Assembly (NCBI GenBank): GCA_964635055.1 | Contig: CAZWMT010000001.1 | Coordinates: forward strand, 211,234-275,233 | DNA length: 64,000 nucleotides | Direction: 5' to 3' | From: an uncultured Microthrixaceae bacterium | GTDB lineage: Bacteria; Actinomycetota; Acidimicrobiia; Acidimicrobiales; DATDAH01 | Shown: positions 20,401-28,542 of the stretch, piece by piece | Layout of the letters: every line of letters starts with the position of its first letter | How positions within the stretch are numbered: the stretch's first letter is position 1 | Notes under the pieces: generated by a model | Told to the model about the DNA's origin: nothing | What the model saw: the letters and a program-made list of their open reading frames with translations, nothing else | Database searches by the model: none | Program-made: the position numbers and the translations under genes

Positions 20401-21035
20401 CCAACCTCACGCCAGACGACACCGCCCCCGGGCCAGACGACACCGACCTCGGGCCAGACGACGACGCCGAGGCCGGCGAGTCCGGTCGGCCCGCGTTCAG
20501 CCGCCGGCGGGGGCGGGCGGGCACCGCGATCGGCCGGGCGGTGCACGCCACCCTGCAGCTGGTCGACCTGGCCACGGGCGAGCACCTCGACCAGATCGCC
20601 GCGCAGCAGGCCCACGCCGAGGCCATCCCCCACCTGGCCGGCACCGTGGCGGGGATGGCCCGCTCGGGCCTCACGTCCCACAGCGTGCAGGAGGCCCTCG
20701 CCGGCGGCCGACTGTGGCGCGAGCTCTACGTGGCGGCACCCCTCGGCGAGCGGGCCGTCGAGGGCTACATCGACCTGCTCTACCAGAGCGACCAGGGCCT
20801 GGTCATCGTCGACTACAAGACCGACTCGGTCGGCTCCGACGCCGAGGTCGACGCCAAGCTCCACCAGTACCGCCTCCAGCTGGCCACCTACGCCGAAGCG
20901 CTCGAAGCCGGCACCGGCCTGCCGGTCGCGGCCGGCCGCCTGGTCTTCTGCCGCGCCGGTGGCGCCCTCGAACGCGACGTCCCCGATCTCGCCGGCGCCC
21001 GCGCCGAGGTGCGCGCGTTGCTCGGTGCGGCCTAG
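17424..21035 (+). CDS. adnB: AdnB/AddA-like UvrD-family helicase with C-terminal PD-(D/E)XK nuclease
   Basis: VEAGAGTGKT Walker A, LLLDEFQDTDP motif II and a C-terminal GYIDLLY...VIVDYKTD nuclease motif. The GTG start overlaps the adnA stop. Confidence 0.85.
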   Translation: MTTPPAIVDQASRDLIERTGLDRTLFVEAGAGTGKTRELVRRVTSLVTHEGVPLRSIAAITFTEAAGAELRDRIRQRFEELLDEHPPGPLRDACEAALADSDVAAIGTLHSFALRILSEHPLEAGLPPRVEILDEVSSQLAFEDRWQVFLDDLHADPRAEALILSASVLRVPIEAGPNAASLKDVAAIFGDNWDRLDPDEPDPGPLPLIGWDPLRLALDDLVALLPECHDTDDLLYARIVDRIVPQVQHLLDHPDPYRQLDLLTRYEGAWTPGGVGRQTCWTDAAAAKAACHAVNDAAAAVRRAAVDAVLDRLRARLARFTRAEAVRRQHDGRLEFHDLLVLSRELVRTSAAARASLHTRYQRLLLDEFQDTDPIQIEIAARIAGAVAGADPEDWADVPIDSGRLFFVGDPKQSIYRFRRADIAMFLRTRAAFADDESVPLVQNFRTVEPVLAWVNHVFQALMPDEIPDKQPRYRALVAHRTEVTTDHRVVLLGGEHEGLKAPQLREVEAHDVARAIASVRDHPERWPVHDAATGGWRDPILSDVTVLLPTRTSLRPLEDALDAAAIPYRVDTGTLVYDTQEVRDVLAALRAVDDATDAVALVTALRSPLYGCSDPDLFTYHQAGGRWSLRAEVPDGLHDHPVVRALDHLRSLWEVRWWLEPSELMGRLLRERHAFELGLGHRRPREVWRRLRFLVDQAHLFEEAGGGGLRAFLAWADLQSHEGSRVHEPLLPETDDIAVSIKTVHGAKGLEFPITVVSGLTTLAGRGRPGVSVVWEGNRPGIRFRKGVATDNFDRQADFEAEMDQYERQRLLYVACTRARDHLVVSTHHNVNASCHGATLAAHSADVEDELCRRLPDEPDASDEPGEPGDDRSGAGATAVDPQREAPPLPFDDRAEWIARREALVEPQRVGRFVSATAVARQALERAGGPTGAGAHPEAERDLDAPPHDTDLGPDDTHSGPDDTNLAPDDTDLGSNDSHSAPDATRSGPDDANLTPDDTAPGPDDTDLGPDDDAEAGESGRPAFSRRRGRAGTAIGRAVHATLQLVDLATGEHLDQIAAQQAHAEAIPHLAGTVAGMARSGLTSHSVQEALAGGRLWRELYVAAPLGERAVEGYIDLLYQSDQGLVIVDYKTDSVGSDAEVDAKLHQYRLQLATYAEALEAGTGLPVAAGRLVFCRAGGALERDVPDLAGARAEVRALLGAA
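20271..20459 (+). repeat. in-frame 21-nt (7-aa) tandem repeat, about 9 units, inside adnB
   Basis: Units read DTDLGPD/DTHSGPD/DTNLAPD/DTDLGSN/DSHSAPD/ATRSGPD/DANLTPD/DTAPGPD/DTDLGPD. Confidence 0.85.
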
Positions 21036-21067
21036 TGCCGTCCGCGATCGTCGGCCATCCTGTGGCC

Positions 21068-21361
21068 ATGGCCAGCTCGAAGAAGTCCTCCGCCAAGCCC
21101 GCCGATCCGCCCGTCGACAAGCCCGCGCCGACACTCCCGGCCGAGCAGACCGAGCCACCTCGGGGGCCGGTCAACACGACCAGCAAGGTGACGGTGGCCT
21201 TCCCCTTCTCGACCATCCGCATGGACGAGGACACCGAGAAGCTGGCGGCGCTGGCCGCGATCGTGGCCGACCTGGCCGAGGAGGTGGGTCACCTCGCGCC
21301 CTCGAAGCAGGTGACCGCCATCCAACAGCGCGCCGCCGACCTGCTGGCGTCGCTCGAATGA
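21068..21361 (+). CDS. hypothetical protein
   Basis: 97-aa ORF (MASSKKSSAKPADPP...) with a Pro-rich N-terminus and helical C-terminus. Lies in the gap after adnB. Confidence 0.45.
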   Translation: MASSKKSSAKPADPPVDKPAPTLPAEQTEPPRGPVNTTSKVTVAFPFSTIRMDEDTEKLAALAAIVADLAEEVGHLAPSKQVTAIQQRAADLLASLE

Positions 21362-21555
21362 CCGAATCTGCCGGCGCTCCTCCCCGATCCGTGGGTGGTC
21401 CGGCTCCGTTGGCCCGTCGGCGGCCACTCGATCCGGGTGCCTCTGGGCGAACGGCCGCGAGGGAGAGGGTGCGCCGCCCGTCGACGGTGACCGTCACCCG
21501 TTTCGCCACCCAGGGTGGCCAGAGGTGGCCCGTGTCCCGTCGACGGGGAAGAGGT

Positions 21556-21593
21556 GGAGGAAATACCTGTCACATACGACCGCTATTTCCTCC
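21556..21593. repeat. family 2 palindromic element, degenerate copy
   Basis: GGAGGAAATA-18 nt-TATTTCCTCC, the same arms as the element at 12029-12066. Confidence 0.6.
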
Positions 21594-21649
21594 ACCCCGA
21601 CCCCACCCCGGGCGCGTTCCCGTGCAGCTTCCCGTGCGCGAGGTTTGAC

Positions 21650-24600
21650 GTGGCCATCAGCTGCGGCCATTGCGGGGGCCAGCACGCGACCGTGGCCGAG
21701 GTGCGCGCGTGCACCGGCACACTGGCGGCGCGCGATCCGTCCGAGCCACCCGATCCGCCCGACGACCTCTGGTCGACCGATCTCAGCGGCCCACCCGGGT
21801 CGCCCAGCCGGACCGGCCGGGCGCTCACCAGCATCGACCGCGACCCCCACACCCGCGTCCACACCACCGGCGGCCCCAGCACCCGCGACCCCAGCACCGG
21901 CGGCCCGCCGTCGCCGGGCGACCGGCACCGGCCCGAACGGCCGGGTGAGCGCCAGAGTGCCGCCGCCGTGCCCGAAGCACCGGTGGTGGTGGCCCGCTCG
22001 GGTCCGCCCGGGTTGGGTCGCACCCTCGTGGTCGCCCCCGGCCAGGAGGTGCCGGCGCCGTGGGACGACTCGCCCCGATTCGTGGTGGACGACGACACCC
22101 GTGCCGACCCGGCCCCGCTGATCGAGCGGCTCCAGCCCTACTGGAACGCCCGCCGACCGTACGTGGTCGAGCTCGCCGCGCCGCTCGACCGCCACCCCGA
22201 CGAGGTCGACGAGCGCGAGCCCTGGCGCCTCGATCCTGCGTTCACGTTCCCGCTCGCCCAGCTGGCCCACCTGGTGTGGTCCAACGCCCTCGATCTGCGC
22301 CGACCCGACCAACCCCGCCTGGATGCCGCCCGCGGCGCGGTCGCGGCGGGTGCGACGGTGGCAACCGACGCCGACGTCCGACCATCCGGCGACGTCCGGG
22401 AGCCCGGGGACACCACGCTGTGGTGCGACGGTGGCCCGCTCGACCTGGGCCTCGCCGAGCGCACCGGCCAACCCGTCGGCCACGCCTTCTGGCTCGAGCA
22501 GGGCCACGCCGCCGCGCTGCACCCCACCCCCACCACCGCCGACCTGGCCGCGGATCAACTCGCCGCCGTGGCCCACCCGGGCGGCCCCTGCCGGGTCATC
22601 TCGCCGGCCGGGTCGGGCAAGACCCGCACCCTCACCGAGCGGGCCCGCCACCTGGTGGCCGACTGCGGCCTGCCCCCCGGCGCCCTCACGCTCGTGGCGT
22701 ACAACACCCGCGCCGCCGGCGAGATGCGCGAGCGGCTCGCCGGCCTGCAGGGCCTGCAGATCCGCACCCTCAACTCGCTCGGCCTGGCCGTGCTCGGGGG
22801 CACGGGCCCGTTCCGCCGCCCCGTCGGCTCGTCGGGGCCGCCGGCGGTGCTCGACGAGCGGGGCGTGCGCGACCACATCGAGCGCCTGGTCAAACTGCCC
22901 CGCCGGGCCAACACCGACCCGGCGGCGGCGTGGATCGAGGCGCTGGGCCAGGTGCGCCTGGGGCTGCGCTCACCCGACGAGGTCGAGGCCGACTACCAGG
23001 GCGACGTCGACGGCTTCGCCGAGTTCTTCCCCCGGTACCGCGAGGCGCTGCGACGGGCGGGGGCGGTGGACTTCGACGAGCAGATCTACGGCGCGATCGA
23101 GGTGCTGTTGCGCGACCCGGCGGCGCGGCGCACCGCGCAGCGGTCGTGCCGGGTGATGCTGGTGGACGAGTTCCAGGACCTCACCCCCGCCCACCTGCTG
23201 CTCATCCGGCTGCTGGCGGCGCCCGCCTTCGACGTGTTCGGCGTCGGCGACGACGACCAGACCATCTACGGCTACCAGGGGGCCGACCCGGGCTGGCTGA
23301 TCCGCTACGCCGACTACTTCCCCGGCGCCGCCGACCACCCGCTCACCGTCAACTACCGGTGCCCACCCCCGGTCGTGCGGGCGGCCACCAACCTGCTCAC
23401 CCGCAACCGCCGGCGAGTGGCCAAGACCATCGACTGGCCGCCGGGCCGGGCCGACGACCCTTCTGTGGTCGGGGTCGTGCTCTCCGGGCAGGGCACCGTC
23501 GCCGCGCTGGTCGACGCTGTCCGCCGGCGACTCGACGAGGGGGCGTCCGAGCGCGACATCGTCGTGCTCACCCGGGTGAACGCCACCCTGGCCCCCGTGC
23601 AGGTGGCGCTGGTCTCGGCCGGTATCGCGGTCGACCCCGTGCCGGGCATCCGCGGGTGGCTCACCCGCACGGGGGTGCGCTCGGCGCTGGCGTGGGTCGA
23701 CCTCGCCGTCGACCCACGCCGGCTCTCGGCCGGCGGCGTGCGCGAGGCCGCGAGGCGCCCACCCCGCTCGCTGTCGCCCAAGGTGCTCGACTGGATGGCC
23801 GAGCAGCGCGACCTCGCTGGCCTCGAGCGCCTGGCCGGGCGCATCAGCCGCGAGCGCGACCAGGAGAAGGTGCTGGGGTTCGTGGCCGACGTGCGCCTGC
23901 TCGCCGACCTGGCCGACGGGGCCACCACCGCCGAGGTGCTGGCCGCCGTCCGCGACCGCATCGGCCTGGGCGGCGCGGTCGAGTCGCTCGACCGGTCGCG
24001 TGGCCGGGTCGACCGCTCGACGCACGGCGACGACCTCGACGCCCTGTGCCAGATCGCCGCCCTGCGCGACGATCCCCGCACCTTCCGGGCGTGGCTCACC
24101 GAGCGGCTCCAGACCGAGGTGCCCGCCGGGGAGGGCGGGCGGGTGGCCCTGTCCACCGTCCACCGGGTGAAGGGCCTCGAATGGCCCCACGTGCTGGTGC
24201 ACGAGGCCTCCGCGTCGCTGTTCCCCCACCGCCTGGCCGCCGACGTGGAGGAGGAGCGCCGCATCTTCCACGTGGCCCTCACCCGCTGCTCGCAGTCGGT
24301 CACGGTGGTGGCGCCCGCCGACCTGCCCTCGCCGTTCCTCGCCGAGTTGGCCGCCCCGGGTGTGCCGCCGGCACCGGCCCCCGAACCCGTGGCGGTACCG
24401 GCCACCAGGGCCCGGCCCGGCCAGACCGGACGCTCCGGCGTGGGCGCGGGCGGCCCGCCGCCCGACGGGGTGGACATCGACGAGTGGAAGCAGGCCCACG
24501 CCCTGCACGAGGCGCTGCGCGCGTGGCGTCGGGCCCGCTCGCAGGCCGACGGGGTGCCCGCCTTCGTGGTGTTCGCCGACCGCACCCTGGACGACCTCGT

Positions 24601-24715
24601 GGCCCGCCGGCCCACCGACTACGCCGGCCTGCGCGCCTGCCACGGCATCGGCCCCGCCAAGGTCGACAACTACGGCGACGACATCCTGGCGGTCATCGCC
24701 GAGTTCCTCGAATGA
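21650..24715 (+). CDS. UvrD/Rep-family DNA helicase with N-terminal Cys-rich extension and C-terminal HRDC-like domain
   Basis: ISPAGSGKTRT Walker A and MLVDEFQDLTP motif II. The C-terminal LRAWRRARSQADGVPAFVVFADRTLDDLV...HGIGPAKVDNYGDDIL is HRDC-like. The start is uncertain: GTG 21650 was chosen because the longer ORF from 21515 reads through the palindrome. Confidence 0.8.
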   Translation: MAISCGHCGGQHATVAEVRACTGTLAARDPSEPPDPPDDLWSTDLSGPPGSPSRTGRALTSIDRDPHTRVHTTGGPSTRDPSTGGPPSPGDRHRPERPGERQSAAAVPEAPVVVARSGPPGLGRTLVVAPGQEVPAPWDDSPRFVVDDDTRADPAPLIERLQPYWNARRPYVVELAAPLDRHPDEVDEREPWRLDPAFTFPLAQLAHLVWSNALDLRRPDQPRLDAARGAVAAGATVATDADVRPSGDVREPGDTTLWCDGGPLDLGLAERTGQPVGHAFWLEQGHAAALHPTPTTADLAADQLAAVAHPGGPCRVISPAGSGKTRTLTERARHLVADCGLPPGALTLVAYNTRAAGEMRERLAGLQGLQIRTLNSLGLAVLGGTGPFRRPVGSSGPPAVLDERGVRDHIERLVKLPRRANTDPAAAWIEALGQVRLGLRSPDEVEADYQGDVDGFAEFFPRYREALRRAGAVDFDEQIYGAIEVLLRDPAARRTAQRSCRVMLVDEFQDLTPAHLLLIRLLAAPAFDVFGVGDDDQTIYGYQGADPGWLIRYADYFPGAADHPLTVNYRCPPPVVRAATNLLTRNRRRVAKTIDWPPGRADDPSVVGVVLSGQGTVAALVDAVRRRLDEGASERDIVVLTRVNATLAPVQVALVSAGIAVDPVPGIRGWLTRTGVRSALAWVDLAVDPRRLSAGGVREAARRPPRSLSPKVLDWMAEQRDLAGLERLAGRISRERDQEKVLGFVADVRLLADLADGATTAEVLAAVRDRIGLGGAVESLDRSRGRVDRSTHGDDLDALCQIAALRDDPRTFRAWLTERLQTEVPAGEGGRVALSTVHRVKGLEWPHVLVHEASASLFPHRLAADVEEERRIFHVALTRCSQSVTVVAPADLPSPFLAELAAPGVPPAPAPEPVAVPATRARPGQTGRSGVGAGGPPPDGVDIDEWKQAHALHEALRAWRRARSQADGVPAFVVFADRTLDDLVARRPTDYAGLRACHGIGPAKVDNYGDDILAVIAEFLE

Positions 24716-24874
24716 CACCCGTCGACGGCCCGTCGCTCGACGTGGCGCACCGAGCCGGGACCTCCTCGCCGTCATCGCCGAGCTCCTGGATCGACACCCG
24801 TCGACGGCCCGTCGCTCGACGTGGCGCACCGAGCCGGGACCTCCTCGCCGTCATCGCCGAGTTCCTGGGATGAC
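24692..24874. repeat. 79-bp tandem duplication (2.3 copies) spanning the helicase 3' end and the next gene's start
   Basis: Copies at 24692-24770 and 24771-24849, with a partial copy at 24850-24874. They differ at only a few bases near GAGTTCCTCGAATGACA. Confidence 0.9.
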
Positions 24875-26273
24875 GCCGGCCGCCGCCCCCACGCACGATC
24901 GGGTGCACCGAGCCGTCGGCGCGCTGGTCGGCGCCGCCGTCGGCGACGCCCTGGGCGCGCCCTTCGAGTTCCGGGCGGCGGGCGCGTACTCGTCCCGGTT
25001 CCCCGTGCCGGTGCTCGGTGGCATCGGCGAGATGATCGGGGGCGGCGGGTGCGGGTGGGCTCCCGGCGAGTTCACGGACGACACCCAGATGGCGATGCTG
25101 GTGGCCGAGTCGCTGCTCGACCACGACCACTTCGAGGCCGCCGACCTGTGCGCTCGGTTCCGGGCATGGGCCCGCTCCCCCCTGAAGGACATCGGTGTGA
25201 TGACCGGGTCGGTGCTCCGCCGGCCGGGCGACTGCGGCCAGGCCGCGGCCGACCACTTCGCCGCCCACCCGCACGGCGCCGCCGGCAACGGGTCGCTGAT
25301 GCGGACGATCCCGGCGGCCCTCTTCTTCGCCGGACGGGGAACGGCCGCCACCATGAGCGCGGCTCGGCGGATCTCGGCGCTCACCCACGGCGACCCCGCG
25401 GCCGGCGAAGGCTGCGCGATCTACCACGAGCTCGTCCGCCTGGCCCTGGCCGGCGACGACCCCGTCGCCGGGCTGCCCGACGTACTGGCCCTCGTGCCCG
25501 AGCCCCACCGCGAGCGCTACCACCAGATGCTGTCGCCAGGATGGGCACCCGCGTCGTCGCCGCTCCCGAACGGCACCGTGTGGGGCGCGCTGGCCACCGC
25601 GGTGTGGGCGATCCGCCGTACCGGCAGCTTCGAGGAGACGGTGGTCGCGGCGGTCGAGTCCGGCGACGATGCCGACACCACCGCGGCCATCACCGGTGGG
25701 CTGGCCGGGGCGATGTGGGGTGCGGGCCGCATCCCGACGCGGTGGTCCACCTATGTGCACGGCAACGTCCTCGATCGCCGCTACCGCCTGAGCGACCTGC
25801 AGGACCTGGCCCGACGGCTGGTCGGCGCCCGGCCCGTGCCGCTCACCGCCGACGAGCCCGCGCTCGATCCCGTCGAGGTGCGCCCCCGGCTGTGGGCCAC
25901 CAACCTCAGCGGCGCCGCCACCACGCCCACCGACCACGCCATCGTGTCGCTGTGTCGCACCAAGGGCTACTTCGACGACCGGCCCGTGCGCCGCGAGTTG
26001 TACCTGGTCGACCGGGGCCGCGAGCACAACCCGGCGCTGCGTGAGGCCCTCGACGACACCCTCGCCACCATCGACGCGTTGCTGGCCGAGGGGCGCGACG
26101 TCGTGGTCCACTGCCACGGCGGACGGTCTCGTACCGGGCTGGTGCTGCGGGCGTGGCTGATGCGCACGGAGGGCCAGTCGCCCGACGCCGCCCTGGCCGA
26201 GGTGCGCCGCCGCTGGCCCCACACCAGCACCGACAACACCGCGTTCACCGACGTGCTCGCCGACCTGAGCTGA
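24870..26273 (+). CDS. ADP-ribosylglycohydrolase fused to a dual-specificity/tyrosine phosphatase domain
   Basis: The N-terminal half has VGDALGAPFEF and FTDDTQMAM (ARH family). The C-terminal part has VVVHCHGGRSRTG (HCx5R phosphatase P-loop). Confidence 0.8.
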   Translation: MTPAAAPTHDRVHRAVGALVGAAVGDALGAPFEFRAAGAYSSRFPVPVLGGIGEMIGGGGCGWAPGEFTDDTQMAMLVAESLLDHDHFEAADLCARFRAWARSPLKDIGVMTGSVLRRPGDCGQAAADHFAAHPHGAAGNGSLMRTIPAALFFAGRGTAATMSAARRISALTHGDPAAGEGCAIYHELVRLALAGDDPVAGLPDVLALVPEPHRERYHQMLSPGWAPASSPLPNGTVWGALATAVWAIRRTGSFEETVVAAVESGDDADTTAAITGGLAGAMWGAGRIPTRWSTYVHGNVLDRRYRLSDLQDLARRLVGARPVPLTADEPALDPVEVRPRLWATNLSGAATTPTDHAIVSLCRTKGYFDDRPVRRELYLVDRGREHNPALREALDDTLATIDALLAEGRDVVVHCHGGRSRTGLVLRAWLMRTEGQSPDAALAEVRRRWPHTSTDNTAFTDVLADLS

Positions 26274-26328
26274 GCTGATCGTCGGCCCCTCGTGGTTCCG
26301 GCGGCCCCCGCCACACGGCGGCGGCGGG

Positions 26329-26910
26329 TCAGCGGTCGTCGAGCAGGGAGGCGAGCTCGGCGTTCAGGTCACGCCCTCGGTCGAAGCCGCGTTCGACGAT
26401 CTGTCCCACGGCCACCGCGGCCAGCTCGAAGTCCTCGGCCGTGGCGACCTCGGCCAGTGCGCGCAGGTCACCTGCGTCCTGCGGCCTCGCGTGGTCGTCA
26501 CGAGCCAGCAGCTTCAGCGCGATCAGATGGCCGACACGGGCCACCGGCACCGTCAAACCCGGCAACACCTCGAGGGGATCGGCGGCCTCGACGATCTCGC
26601 GCTCGATGCCGGACGACGCGAACAAGAGGTCGACCGCCTCGCCCCCGGACAAGCGGACCCTCGACGTGGCCAGGCGCCCCTGGGCCTCGTGCTCGACGTT
26701 GGCCACCAACGTGTGGCCCCGGCTGAGCACCGACCGAACGAACGTCTCGGCCGCCAGGTCGTCGTCGACCGCCACCGCCAGGTCGACGTCTCGTGTGAAG
26801 CGGGGTTCGGTGCGAACCGACACGGCGAAGCCCCCCACGAGGGCGCACCCCAGCCCCTGCTCCGCGGCAGCCGCCTCGATCTCTCGACACGCGACCGCGA
26901 GATCGCTCAT
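26329..26910 (-). CDS. minimal nucleotidyltransferase-fold protein (toxin-like, AbiEii/MNT-type)
   Basis: ALVGGFAVSVRTEPRFTRDVDLAV matches the hGG...D.D NTase signature. Start taken at MSDLAV; the longer ORF reaches 26943. Confidence 0.65.
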   Translation of the reverse strand: MSDLAVACREIEAAAAEQGLGCALVGGFAVSVRTEPRFTRDVDLAVAVDDDLAAETFVRSVLSRGHTLVANVEHEAQGRLATSRVRLSGGEAVDLLFASSGIEREIVEAADPLEVLPGLTVPVARVGHLIALKLLARDDHARPQDAGDLRALAEVATAEDFELAAVAVGQIVERGFDRGRDLNAELASLLDDR

Positions 26911-26914
26911 CGGG

Positions 26915-27103
26915 TCACGGCGCGACGACCGGACCCGGGGCATCCATGGGCCGATCGAAGACCCACTCGGCGAGGCGCCGATCGATCTCGCTCCCCGACG
27001 CCGAGGGGTAGCGGCGGCGGAGGTTCTGGCGCATGAGCTCGAGGCCCTCGGTGGACATCCGCAGCGCCGCCTGGAACCGGCGCGACTCCGGCGTGTCGGT
27101 CAC
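26915..27103 (-). CDS. small putative antitoxin/partner of the nucleotidyltransferase
   Basis: 62-aa helical ORF immediately upstream on the same strand, 4 nt from the NTase start. Confidence 0.45.
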   Translation of the reverse strand: MTDTPESRRFQAALRMSTEGLELMRQNLRRRYPSASGSEIDRRLAEWVFDRPMDAPGPVVAP

Positions 27104-27331
27104 CCGTGCAGTCTAGGAGGGTGCTCTGGTGCCTTCGCGGACAGGAACGGGCGGGAGGGCCTGGTCGGACACCGCCCCCGCGGCGACGTCCACAGCGTCA
27201 TCCACAGTTGTTGAAAAGCATGGAAAGACCGTGAGTGGAGCCGGAGGCGGCGCAGGAGCACCGAACGCCACGGACACGCCGGCTCGACCGCCGGCGGACC
27301 CGGTGCGCGAAGCTGGGGGGAAGGAGGCACC

Positions 27332-28273
27332 ATGGCCTGGACCGAACACGACATCCCCGACCTGACCGGCACGGTGGCCGTGGTCACCGGCGCGAACGGC
27401 GGGCTGGGCCTGGCCACCGCGCTGGCGCTGGCGGGTGCGGGAGCCGACGTGGTGATGGCGGCACGCGACCAGGACAAGGCCGCGACCGCCGAGGGGATCA
27501 TCCTCGGGCACCGTCCCGACGCGTCCCTCGAGGTCGTGGCCCTCGACCTCGGCGATCTGTCCTCGGTGCGCGCCGCCGCCGACTCGATCCTGGCCGCGCG
27601 CCCGACCGTCGACATCCTCGTCAACAACGCCGGTCTGATGGCGATGCCCGAGCGCCGGACCGCCGACGGCTTCGAGATGCAGTTCGGCGTGAACCACCTG
27701 GGTCACTTCGCCTTCACCGCTCACCTCCTGCCGTCACTGCTCCGGGCCGACGCCGCCCGGGTGGTCACCGTCACCAGCACCGCCCACCACATCGGTCGCC
27801 CGGTCGACCCCGACAACCCCCACCTGCACGGCCGGTACAAGCCGTGGCGCTCCTACGGCCAGGCCAAGCTGGCCAACTTCCACTTCGGGCTCGGTCTGCA
27901 GAAGCAATTCGAGGACGCCGGCGTGGCAGCAGCCAGCCTGATCGCCCACCCGGGCCTGTCCAACACCGACCTGCAGGCCACCACCGTGGCCGAGGGCGGC
28001 GGGGGCTGGTCGGCGCCGTTCTTCCACTCGATGGCGTCGGCCACCGGCATGTCGCCCCAGCACGGCGCCCGCCCCCAGCTCCGGGCCGCCACCGACCCCG
28101 GGGCCAGGGGCGGCGAGTTCTACGGCCCGCTGTTCATGAACAACGGGCCCGCCGTCCGCCGCCCGATCGTCCGTCGCATCGGGCTGCAGAAGGCCATCGA
28201 CACGCTGTGGCAGGTGTCCGAACGCGAGACCGGTGTCCGCCTCGACGTCGCGGCCGCCGAGGCGGCGCTGTAG
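27332..28273 (+). CDS. short-chain dehydrogenase/reductase (SDR)
   Basis: TGANGGLG cofactor motif and YGQAK catalytic motif. GGAGG Shine-Dalgarno upstream. Confidence 0.9.
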   Translation: MAWTEHDIPDLTGTVAVVTGANGGLGLATALALAGAGADVVMAARDQDKAATAEGIILGHRPDASLEVVALDLGDLSSVRAAADSILAARPTVDILVNNAGLMAMPERRTADGFEMQFGVNHLGHFAFTAHLLPSLLRADAARVVTVTSTAHHIGRPVDPDNPHLHGRYKPWRSYGQAKLANFHFGLGLQKQFEDAGVAAASLIAHPGLSNTDLQATTVAEGGGGWSAPFFHSMASATGMSPQHGARPQLRAATDPGARGGEFYGPLFMNNGPAVRRPIVRRIGLQKAIDTLWQVSERETGVRLDVAAAEAAL

Positions 28274-28542
28274 AAGGGTCCTCCGTTCACTGCCGGATCC
28301 GCCGGACCGCACCCGATGACCCGGGGACCTGGCGGCGCTGGCGTCGGCCGAGTGAGCAGAGCAGCACCCTCCTGGCCACCCGACGTGCCGGCCCGGCGCC
28401 GCGCTACAAGACGTTGTTGGCGGTGAGGACGGCGGCGAGCCCGATCAGCGTGCCCGCCATGGCCCAGATCTGGCGGTTGATCTCCCGGTGGAACGCCGCG
28501 GTCAGACGCTCCTCGAGCGCGGCCAGACGTTGTTCGCAGCGG

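Noticed and set aside
17763-21158. Very long alternate-frame or antisense ORFs. Examples: 17763-21158 (1131 aa), 13801-16011, 2917-5310, 6210-8672, 21494-22876, 22970-24829, 46504-47892 and 49423-51603.
   Set aside because: They are Arg/Gly/Pro/Ala-dominated and lack motifs. Each lies opposite to, or out of frame with, an ORF that carries clear family signatures. This is the typical absence of stop codons in high-GC DNA.
24360-26273. Long version of the ARH-phosphatase ORF starting at 24360.
   Set aside because: It reads out of frame through the helicase 3' end and the 79-bp tandem repeats. ARH homology starts right after ATG 24870.
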